64,000 nucleotides of DNA from Eledone cirrhosa (lineage: Eukaryota), in contig OZ024744.1 of NCBI GenBank assembly GCA_964016885.1, forward strand, positions 102,796,001 to 102,860,000, read 5' to 3'. The notes under the pieces were generated by a model. That model had not been told where the DNA came from. It did not search any database and saw nothing but the letters and a program-made list of their open reading frames with translations. A program made the translations under genes and the position numbers. Below are positions 49,601 to 61,000 of this stretch, piece after piece. Positions within the stretch are counted from its first letter, which is position 1; every line of letters begins with the position of its first letter.

Positions 49601-52079
49601 CTACTGTTTAATGTGGTCCTGCTGCCATGAAACTAAAAAGTAGTCAGTCTACTGTTTAAAGTGGCCCTGCTTCCATGAAACTAAAAAGTAGTCAGTATAC
49701 TGTTTAAAGTGGTCCTGCTGCCATGAAACTAAAAAGTAACCAGACCACTGTTTAAAGTGGTCCTGCTCCCATGAAACTAAAAAGTAACCAGTCTACTGCT
49801 TAAAGTGGCTCTGTTGCCATGAAACTAAAAAGCAGTCAGTCTACTGTTTAAAGTGGTCCTGTTGCCATGAAACTCAAAAGTAACCAGTCTACTGCTTAAA
49901 GTGGTCCTCTTGCAATGAAACTAAAAAGTAGTCAGTCTACTGTTTAAAGTGGTCCTGCTGCCATGAAACTAAAAAGTAGTCAGTCTACTGTTTAAAGTGG
50001 TCCTGCTGCCATGAAACTAAAAAGTAACCAGTCCACTGTTTAAAGTAGTCCTGCTGCCATGAAACTAAAAAGTAACCAGTCCACTGTTTAAAGTGGTCCT
50101 GCTGCCATGAAACTAAAAAGTAACCAGTCCACTGTTTAAAGTGGTCCTGTTGCCATGAAACTAAAAAGTAGTCAGACCACTGTTTAAAGTGGTCCTGCTG
50201 CCATGAAACTAAAAAGTAACCAGTCTACTGCTTAAAGTGGTCCTCTTGCAATGAAACTAAAAAGTAGTCAGTCTACTGTTTAAAGTGGTCCTGCTGCCAT
50301 GAAACTAAAAAGTAGTCAGTCTACTGTTTAAAGTGGTCCTGTTGCCATGAAACTAAAAAATAGTCAGTCTTCTGTTTAAAGTGGTCCTGCTGCCATGTAA
50401 CTAAAAAGTAACCAGTCCACTGTTTAAAGTGGTCCTGCTGCCATGAAACTAAAAAGTAACCAGTCTACTGCTTAAAGTGGTTCTGTTGCCATGAAACTAA
50501 AAAGCAGTCCGTCTACTGTTTAAAGTGGTCCTGTTGCCATGAAACTCAAAAGTAACCAGTCCACTGTTTAAAATGGTCCTGTTGCCATGAAACTAAAAAG
50601 TAGCCAGTCTACTGTTTAAAGTGGTCCTGCTGCCATGAAACTAAAAAGTAACCAGTCCACTGTTTAAAGTGGTCCTGCTGCCATGAAACTAAAAAGTAAC
50701 CAGTCCACTATTTAAAGTGGTCCTGTTGCCATGAAACTAAAAAGTAGTCAGTCCACTGTTTAAAGTGGTCCTGCTGCCATGAAACTAAAAAGTAACCAGT
50801 CTACTGCTTAAAGTGGTCCTGCTGCCATGAAACTAAAAAGTAGTCAGTCTACTGTTTAAAGTGGTCCTGCTGCCATGAAACTAAAAAATAGTCAGTCTAC
50901 TGTTTAAAGTGGTCCTGCTGCCATGAAACTAAAAAGTAGTCATTCTACTGGTTAAAGTGGTTATGCTGCCATGAAACTAAAAAGTAGTCAGTCTACTGGT
51001 TAAAGTGGTACTGTTGCCATGAAACTAAAAAGTAAACAGTCTACTGTTTAAAGTGGTCCTGTTGCCGTGAAACTAAAAAGTAACCATTCCACTGTTTAAA
51101 GTGGTCCTGCTGCCATGAAACTAGAAAGTAACCAGCCTACTCTTTAAAGTGGTCCTGTTGCCATTAAACTAAAAAGTAACCAGTCTACTGTTTAAAGTAG
51201 TCCTGCTGCCATGAAACTAAAAAGTAGTCAGTCTACTGTTTAAAGTGGTCCTGTTGCCATGAAACTAAAAAATAGTCAGTCTTCTGTTTGAAGTGGTCCT
51301 GCTGCCATGAAACTAAAAAGTAGTCAGTATACTGTTTAAAGTGGTCCTGGTGCTATGAAACTAAAAAGTAACCAGTCTACTGTTTAAAGTGGTCCTGCTG
51401 CCATGAAACTAAAAAGTAACCAGTCTACTGCTTAAAGTGGTTCTGTTGCCATGAAACTAAAAAGCAGTCAGTCTAATGTTTAAAGTGGTCCTGTTGCCAT
51501 GAAACTCAAAAGTAACCAGTCTACTGCTTAAAGTGGTTCTGTTGCCATGAAACTAAAAAGCAGTCAGTCTAATGTTTAAAGTGGTCCTGTTGCCATGAAA
51601 CTAAAAAGTAGTCAGTCTACTGTTTAAAGTGGTCTTGCTGCCATGAAACTAAAAAGTAGTCAGTCTACTGTTTAAAGTGGTCCTGCTGCCATGAAACTAA
51701 AAAGTAACCAGTCCACTGTTTAAAGTGGTCCTGCTGCCATGAAACTAAAAAGTAACCAGTCCACTGTTTAAAGTGGTCCTGCTGCCATGAAACTAAAAAG
51801 TAACCAGTCCACTGTTTAAAGTGGTCCTGTTGCCATGAAACTAAAAAGTAGTCAGACCACTGTTTAAAGTGGTCCTGCTGCCATGAAACTAAAAAGGAAC
51901 CAGTCTACTGCTTAAAGTGGTCCTCTTGCAATGAAACTAAAAAGTAGTCAGTCTACTGTTTAAAGTGGTCCTGCGGCCATGAAACTAAAAAGTAGTCAGT
52001 CTACTGTTTAAAGTGGTCCTGTTGCCATAAAACTAAAAAATAGTCAGTCTACTGTTTAAAGTGGTCCTGCTGCCATGAA

Positions 52080-55000
52080 ACTAAAAAGCAGTCAGTCTTC
52101 TGTTTAAAGTGGTCCTGCTGCCATGAAACTAAAAAGTAACCAGTTCCACTGTTTAAAGTGGTACTGTTGCCATGAAACAAAAAAAGTAAACAGTCTACTG
52201 TTTAAAGTGGTCCTGTTGCCGTGAAACTAAAAAGTAACCATTCCACTGTTTAAAGTGGTCCTGCTGCCATGAAACTAGATAGTAACCAGCCTACTCTTTA
52301 AAGTGGTCCTGTTGCCATTAAACTAAAAAGTAACCAGTCTACTGTTTAAAGTGGTCCTGCTGCCATGAAACTAAAAAGTAGTCAGTCTACTGTTTAAAGT
52401 GGTCCTGTTGCCATGAAACTAAAAAATAGTCAGTCTTCTGTTTGAAGTGGTCCTGCTGCCATGAAACTAAAAAGTAGTCAGTATACTGTTTAAAGTGGTC
52501 CTGCTGCTATGAAACTAAAAAGTAACCAGTCTACTGTTTAAAGTGGTCCTGCTGCCATGAAACTAAAAAGTAACCAGTCTACTGCTTAAAGTGGTTCTGT
52601 TGCCATGAAACTAAAAAGCAGTCAGTCTAATGTTTAAAGTGGTCCTGTTGCCATGAAACACAAAAGTAACCAGTCCACTGTTTAAAATGGTCCTGTTGCC
52701 ATGAAACTAAAAAGTAACCAGTCCACTGTTTAAAGTGGTCCTGCTGCCATGAAACTAAAAAGTAACCAGTCCACTGTTTAAAGTGGTCCTGCTGCCATGA
52801 AACTAAAAAGTAACCAGTCCACTGTTTAAAGTGGTCCTGTTGCCATGAAACTAAAAAGAAGTCAGTCCACTGTTTAAAGTGGTCCTGCTGCCATGAAACT
52901 AAAAAGTAACCAGTCTACTGCTTAAAGTGGTCCTGCTGCCATGAAACTAAAAAGTAGTCAGTCTACTGTTTAACGTGGTCCTATTGCCATGAAACTAAAA
53001 AATAGTCAGTCCATGTTTAAAGTGGTCCTGCTGCCATGAAACTAAAAAGTAGTCTGTCCACCGTTTAAAGTGGTCGTGCTGCCATGAAACTAAAAAGTAA
53101 CCAGTCCACTATTTAAAGTGGTCCTGTTGCCATGAAACTAAAAAGTAGTCAGTCCACTGTTTAAAGTGGTCCTGCTGCCATGAAACTAAAAAGTAACCAG
53201 TTCCACTGTTTAAAGTGGTACTGTTGCCATGAAACTAAAAAGTAAACAGTCTACTGTTTAAAGTGGTCCTGTTGCCGTGAAACTAAAAAGTAACCATTCC
53301 ACTGTTTAAAGTGGTCCTGCTGCCATGAAACTAGAAAGTAACCAGCCTACTCTTAAAAGTGGTCCTGTGCCATTAAACTAAAAAGTAACCAGTCTACTGT
53401 TTAAAAGTGGTCCTGCTGCCATGAAACTAAAAAGTAGTCAGTCTACTGTTTAAAGTGGTCCTGTTGCCATGAAACTAAAAAATATTCAGTCTTCTGTTTA
53501 AAGTGGTCCTGCTGCCATGAAACTAAAAAGTAGTCAGTATACTGTTTAAAGTGGTCCTGCTGCTATGAAACTAAAAAGTAACCAGTCTACTGTTTAAAGT
53601 GGTCCTGCTGCCATGAAACTAAAAAGTAACCAGTCTACTGTTTAAAGTGGTCCTGCTGCCATGGAATTAAAAAGTAATCAGTCTACTGTTTAAAGTGGGC
53701 CTGCTGCTATGAAACTAAAAAGTAGTCAGTCCACTGTTTAAAGTGGTTCTGCTGCCATGAAACTAAAAAGTAACCAGTCCACTGTTTAAAGTGGTACTGT
53801 TGCAATGAAACTAAGAAGTAACCAGTCCACTGTTTAAAGTGGTACTGTTGCAATGAAACTAAAAAGTAGTCAGTCCACTGTTTAAAGTGGTCCTGCTGCC
53901 ATGAAACAAAAAGTAACCAGTCTACTGCTTAAAGTGGTCCTGTTTCCATGAAACTAAAAAGTAGTCAGTCTACTGTTTAAAGTGGTCCTGCTGCCATGAA
54001 ACTAAAAAGTAGTCAGTCTACTGTTTAAAGTGGTCCTGTTGCCATGAAACTAAAAAATAGTCAGTCTACTGTTTAAAGTGGTCCTGCTGCCATGAAACTA
54101 AAAAGTAACCAGTCCAGTATTTAAAGTGGTCCTGCTGCCATGAAACTAAAAATTAGTCAGTCTACTGTTTAAAGTGGTCCTGTTGCCATGAAACTAAAAA
54201 GTGGTCAGTCTACTGTTCAAAGTGGTCCTGCTGCCATGAAACTAAAAAGTAGTCAGTCTACTGTTTAACTGGTCTTCTTGCCATGAAACTAAAAAGTAAC
54301 CAGTCTACTGGTCAAAGTGGTCCTGCTGCCATGAAACTAAAAAGTAGTCAGTCAACTGTTTAAAGTGGTCCTGCTGCCATGAAACTAAAAAGGAGTCAGT
54401 CTACTGTTTAAACTGGTCCTGCTGCCATGAAACTAAAAAGTAACCAGTTCCACTGTTGAAAGTGGTCCTGTTGCCATGAAACTAAAAAGTAACCATTCCA
54501 CTGTTTAAAGTGGTCCTGCTGCCATGAAACTAGGAAGTAACCAGCCTACTCTTTAAAGTGGTCCTGTTGCCATTAAACTAAAAAGTAACCAGTCTACTGT
54601 TTAAAGTGGTCCTGCTGCCATGAAACTAAAAAGTAGTCAGTCTACTGTTTAAAGTGGTCCTGCTGCCATGAAACTAGAAAGTAACCAGCCTACTCTTTAA
54701 AGTGGTCCTGTTGCCATTAAACTAAAAAGTAACCAGTCTACTGTTTAAAGTGGTCCTGCTGCCATGAAACTAAAAAGTAGTCAGTCTACTGTTTAAAGTG
54801 GCCCTGCTTCCATGAAACTAAAAAGTAGTCAGTACACTGTTTAAAGTGGTCCTGCTGCCATGAAACTAAAAAGTAACCAGACCACTGTTTAAAGTGGTCC
54901 TGCTCCCATGAAACTAAAAAGTAACCAGTCTACTGCTTAAAGTGGTTCTGTTGCCATGAAACTAAAAAGCAGTCAGTCTACTGTTTAAAGTGGTCCTGTT

Positions 55001-58000
55001 GCCATGAAACTCAAAAGTAACCAGTCTACTGCTTAAAGTGGTCCTCTTGCAATGAAACTAAAAAGCAGTCAGTCTTCTGTTTAAAGTGGTCCTGCTGCCA
55101 TGAAACTAAAAAGTAACCAGTTCCACTGTTTAAAGTGGTACTGTTGCCATGAAACTAAAAAAGTAAACAGTCTACTGTTTAAAGTGGTCCTGTTGCCGTG
55201 AAACTAAAAAGTAACCATTCCACTGTTTAAAGTGGTCCTGCTGCCATGAAACTAGATAGTAACCAGCCTACTCTTTAAAGTGGTCCTGTTGCCATTAAAC
55301 TAAAAAGTAACCAGTCTACTGTTTAAAGTGGTCCTGCTGCCATGAAACTAAAAAGTAGTCAGTCTACTGTTTAAAGTGGTCCTGTTGCCATGAAACTAAA
55401 AAATAGTCAGTCTTCTGTTTGAAGTGGTCCTGCTGCCATGAAACTAAAAAGTAGTCAGTATACTGTTTAAAGTGGTCCTGCTGCTATGAAACTAAAAAGT
55501 AACCAGTCTACTGTTTAAAGTGGTCCTGCTGCCATGAAACTAAAAAGTAACCAGTCTACTGCTTAAAGTGGTTCTGTTGCCATGAAACTAAAAAGCAGTC
55601 AGTCTAATGTTTAAAGTGGTCCTGTTGCCATGAAACACAAAAGTAACCAGTCCACTGTTTAAAATGGTCCTGTTGCCATGAAACTAAAAAGTAACCAGTC
55701 CACTGTTTAAAGTGGTCCTGCTGCCATGAAACTAAAAAGTAACCAGTCCACTGTTTAAAGTGGTCCTGCTGCCATGAAACTAAAAAGTAACCAGTCCACT
55801 GTTTAAAGTGGTCCTGTTGCCATGAAACTAAAAAGAAGTCAGTCCACTGTTTAAAGTGGTCCTGCTGCCATGAAACTAAAAAGTAACCAGTCTACTGCTT
55901 AAAGTGGTCCTGCTGCCATGAAACTAAAAAGTAGTCAGTCTACTGTTTAACGTGGTCCTATTGCCATGAAACTAAAAAATAGTCAGTCCATGTTTAAAGT
56001 GGTCCTGCTGCCATGAAACTAAAAAGTAGTCTGTCCACCGTTTAAAGTGGTCGTGCTGCCATGAAACTAAAAAGTAACCAGTCCACTATTTAAAGTGGTC
56101 CTGTTGCCATGAAACTAAAAAGTAGTCAGTCCACTGTTTAAAGTGGTCCTGCTGCCATGAAACTAAAAAGTAACCAGTTCCACTGTTTAAAGTGGTACTG
56201 TTGCCATGAAACTAAAAAGTAAACAGTCTACTGTTTAAAGTGGTCCTGTTGCCGTGAAACTAAAAAGTAACCATTCCACTGTTTAAAGTGGTCCTGCTGC
56301 CATGAAACTAGAAAGTAACCAGCCTACTCTTAAAAGTGGTCCTGTGCCATTAAACTAAAAAGTAACCAGTCTACTGTTTAAAAGTGGTCCTGCTGCCATG
56401 AAACTAAAAAGTAGTCAGTCTACTGTTTAAAGTGGTCCTGTTGCCATGAAACTAAAAAATATTCAGTCTTCTGTTTAAAGTGGTCCTGCTGCCATGAAAC
56501 TAAAAAGTAGTCAGTATACTGTTTAAAGTGGTCCTGCTGCTATGAAACTAAAAAGTAACCAGTCTACTGTTTAAAGTGGTCCTGCTGCCATGAAACTAAA
56601 AAGTAACCAGTCTACTGTTTAAAGTGGTCCTGCTGCCATGGAATTAAAAAGTAATCAGTCTACTGTTTAAAGTGGGCCTGCTGCTATGAAACTAAAAAGT
56701 AGTCAGTCCACTGTTTAAAGTGGTTCTGCTGCCATGAAACTAAAAAGTAACCAGTCCACTGTTTAAAGTGGTACTGTTGCAATGAAACTAAGAAGTAACC
56801 AGTCCACTGTTTAAAGTGGTACTGTTGCAATGAAACTAAAAAGTAGTCAGTCCACTGTTTAAAGTGGTCCTGCTGCCATGAAACAAAAAGTAACCAGTCT
56901 ACTGCTTAAAGTGGTCCTGTTTCCATGAAACTAAAAAGTAGTCAGTCTACTGTTTAAAGTGGTCCTGCTGCCATGAAACTAAAAAGTAGTCAGTCTACTG
57001 TTTAAAGTGGTCCTGTTGCCATGAAACTAAAAAATAGTCAGTCTACTGTTTAAAGTGGTCCTGCTGCCATGAAACTAAAAAGTAACCAGTCCAGTATTTA
57101 AAGTGGTCCTGCTGCCATGAAACTAAAAATTAGTCAGTCTACTGTTTAAAGTGGTCCTGTTGCCATGAAACTAAAAAGTGGTCAGTCTACTGTTCAAAGT
57201 GGTCCTGCTGCCATGAAACTAAAAAGTAGTCAGTCTACTGTTTAACTGGTCTTCTTGCCATGAAACTAAAAAGTAACCAGTCTACTGGTCAAAGTGGTCC
57301 TGCTGCCATGAAACTAAAAAGTAGTCAGTCAACTGTTTAAAGTGGTCCTGCTGCCATGAAACTAAAAAGGAGTCAGTCTACTGTTTAAACTGGTCCTGCT
57401 GCCATGAAACTAAAAAGTAACCAGTTCCACTGTTGAAAGTGGTCCTGTTGCCATGAAACTAAAAAGTAACCATTCCACTGTTTAAAGTGGTCCTGCTGCC
57501 ATGAAACTAGGAAGTAACCAGCCTACTCTTTAAAGTGGTCCTGTTGCCATTAAACTAAAAAGTAACCAGTCTACTGTTTAAAGTGGTCCTGCTGCCATGA
57601 AACTAAAAAGTAGTCAGTCTACTGTTTAAAGTGGTCCTGCTGCCATGAAACTAGAAAGTAACCAGCCTACTCTTTAAAGTGGTCCTGTTGCCATTAAACT
57701 AAAAAGTAACCAGTCTACTGTTTAAAGTGGTCCTGCTGCCATGAAACTAAAAAGTAGTCAGTCTACTGTTTAAAGTGGCCCTGCTTCCATGAAACTAAAA
57801 AGTAGTCAGTACACTGTTTAAAGTGGTCCTGCTGCCATGAAACTAAAAAGTAACCAGACCACTGTTTAAAGTGGTCCTGCTCCCATGAAACTAAAAAGTA
57901 ACCAGTCTACTGCTTAAAGTGGTTCTGTTGCCATGAAACTAAAAAGCAGTCAGTCTACTGTTTAAAGTGGTCCTGTTGCCATGAAACTCAAAAGTAACCA

Positions 58001-58040
58001 GTCTACTGCTTAAAGTGGTCCTCTTGCAATGAAACTAAAA
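52080..58040 (+). repeat. Near-perfect 2977-bp (62-monomer) tandem duplication within satellite B
   Basis: Private variants recur at offset 2977: TAGAT at 52276/55253, GGAATT at 53663/56640 and TAGGA at 54531/57508. Single-base indels are also shared. Confidence 0.88.
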
Positions 58041-61000
58041 AGTAGTCAGTCTACTGTTTAAAGTGGTCCTGCTGCCATGAAACTAAAAAGTAGTCAGTCT
58101 ACTGTTTAAAGTGGTCCTGCTGCCATGAAACTTAAAAGTAACCAGTCCACTGTTTAAAGTGGTCCTGCTGCCATGAAACTAAAAAGTAACCAGTCCACTG
58201 TTTAAAGTGGTCCTGCTGCCATGAAACTAAAAAGTAACCAGTCCACTGTTTAAAGTGGTCCTGTTGCCATGAAACTAAAAAGTAGTCAGACCACTGTTTA
58301 AAGTGCTCCTGCTGCCATGAAACTAAAAAGTAACCAGTCTACTGCTTAAAGTGGTCCTCTTGCAATGAAACTAAAAAGTAGTCAGTCTACTGTTTAAAGT
58401 GGTCCTGCTGCCATGAAACTAAAAAGTAGTCAGTCTACTGTTTAAAGTGGTCCTGTTGCCATGAAACTAAAAAATAGTCAGTCTTCTGTTTAAAGTGGTC
58501 CTGCTGCCATGACACTAAAAAGTAGTCAGTATACTGTTTAAAGTGGTCCTGCTGCCATGAAACTAAAAAGTAACCAGTCCACTGTTTAAAGTAGTCCTGC
58601 TGCCATGAAACTAAAAAGTAACCAGTCTACTGCTTAAAGTGGTTCTGTTGCCAGGAAACTAAAAAGCAGTCCGTCTACTGTTTAAAGTGGTCCTGTTGCC
58701 ATGAAACTCAAAAGTAACCAGTCCACTGTTTAAAATGGTCCTGTTGCCATGAAACTAAAAAGTAGCCAGTCTACTGTTTAAAGTGGTCCTGCTGCCATGA
58801 AACTAAAAAGTAACCATTCCACTGTTTAAATTGGTCCTGCTGCCATGAAACTAAAAAGTAACCAGTCCACTGTTTAAAGTGGTCCTGCTGCCATGAAACT
58901 AAAAAGTAACCAGTCCACTATTTAAAGTGGTCCTGTTGCCATGAAACTAAAAAGTAGTCAGTCCACAGTTTAAAGTGGTCCTGCTGCCATGAAACTAAAA
59001 AGTAACCAGTCTACTGCTTAAAGTGGTCCTGCTGCCATGAAACTAAAAAGTAGTCAGTCTACTGTTTAAAGTGGTCCTGTTGCCATGAAACTAAAAAATA
59101 GTCAGTCTACTGTTTAAAGTGGTCCTGCTGCCATGAAACTAAAAAGTAGTCATTCTACTGGTTAAAGTGCTTATGCTGCCATGAAACTAAAAAGTAGTCA
59201 GTCTACTGGTTAAAGTGGTTATACTGCCATGAAACTAAAAAGTAGTCAGTCTACTGGTTAAAGTGATCCTGTTGCCATGAAACTAAAAAGTAGTCAGTCC
59301 ACTGTTTAAACTGGTCCTGCTGCCATGAAACTAAAAAGTAACCAGTTCCACTGTTTAAAGTGGTACTGTTGCCATGAAACTAAAAAGTAAACAGTCTACT
59401 GTTTAAAGTGGTCCTGTTGCCGTGAAACTAAAAAGTAACCATTCCACTGTTTAAAGTGGTCCTGCTGCCATGAAACTAAAAAGTAACCAGTCCACTGTTT
59501 AAAGTGGTCCTGCTGCCATGAAACTAAAAAGTAACCAGTCCACTATTTAAAGTGGTCCTGTTGCCATGAAACTAAAAAGTAGTCAGTCCACTGTTTAAAG
59601 TGGTCCTGCTGCCATGAAACTAAAAAGTAACCAGTCTACTGCTTAAAGTGGTCCTGCTGCCATGAAACTAAAAAGTAGTCAGTCTACTGTTTAAAGTGGT
59701 CCTGTTGCCATGAAACTAAAAAATAGTCAGTCTACTGTTTAAAGTGGTCCTGCTGCCATGAAACTAAAAAGTAGTCATTCTACTGGTTAAAGTGCTTATG
59801 CTGCCATGAAACTAAAAAGTAGTCAGTCTACTGGTTAAAGTGATCCTGTTGCCATGAAACTAAAAAGTAGTCAGTCCACTGTTTAAACTGGTCCTGCTGC
59901 CATGAAACCAAAAAGTAACCAGTTCCACTGTTTAAAGTGGTACTGATGCCATGAAACTAAAAAGTAAACACTCTACTGTTTAAAGTGGTCCTGTTGCCGT
60001 GAAACTAAAAAGTAACCATTCCACTGTTTAAAGTGGTCCTGCTGCCATGAAACTAGAAAGTAACCAGCCTACTCTTTAAAGTGGTCCTGTTGCCATTAAA
60101 CTAAAAAGTAACCAGTCTACTGTTTAAAGTGGTCCTGCTGCCATGAAACTAAAAAGTAGTCAGTCTACTGTTTAAAGTGGTCCTGTTGCCATGAAACTAA
60201 AAAATAGTCAGTCTTCTGTTTGAAGTGGTCCTGCTGCCATGAAACTAAAAAGTAGTCAGTATACTGTTTAAAGTGGTCCTGCTGCTATGAAACTAAAAAG
60301 TAACCTGTCTACTGTTTAAAGTGGTCCTGCTGCCATGAAACTAAAAAGTAACCAGTCTACTGCTTAAAGTGGTTCTGTTGCCATGAAACTAAAAAGCAGT
60401 CAGTCTAATGTTTAAAGTGGTCCTGTTGCCATGAAACTAAAAAGTAACCAGTCCACTATTTAAAATGGTCCTGTTGCCATGAAACTAAAAAGTAGCCAGT
60501 CTACTGTTTAAACTGGTCCTGCTGCCATGAAACTAAAAAGTAACCAGTCCACTGTTTAAAGTGGTCCTGCTGCCATGAAACTAAAAAGTAACCAGTCCAC
60601 TGTTTAAAGTGGTCCTGCTGCCATGAAACTAAAAAGTAACCAGTCCACTGTTTAAAGTGGTCCTGTTGCCATGAAAATAAAAAGAAGTCAGTCCACTGTT
60701 TAAAGTGGTCCTGCTGCCATGAAACTAAAAAGTAACCAGTCTACTGCTTAAAGTGGTCCTGCTGCCATGAAACTAAAAAGTAGTCAGTCTACTGTTTAAC
60801 GTGGTCCTGTTGCCATGAAACTAAAAAATAGTCAGTCCATTTTTAAAGTGGTCCTGCTGCCATGAAACTAAAAAGTAGTCTGTCCACCGTTTAAAGTGGT
60901 CGTGCTGCCATGAAAATAAAAATAGTCAGTCCACTGTTTAAAGCGGTCCTGCTGCCAAGAAATTAAAAAGTAGTCAGTCTACTATTTAAAGTGGTCCTGC

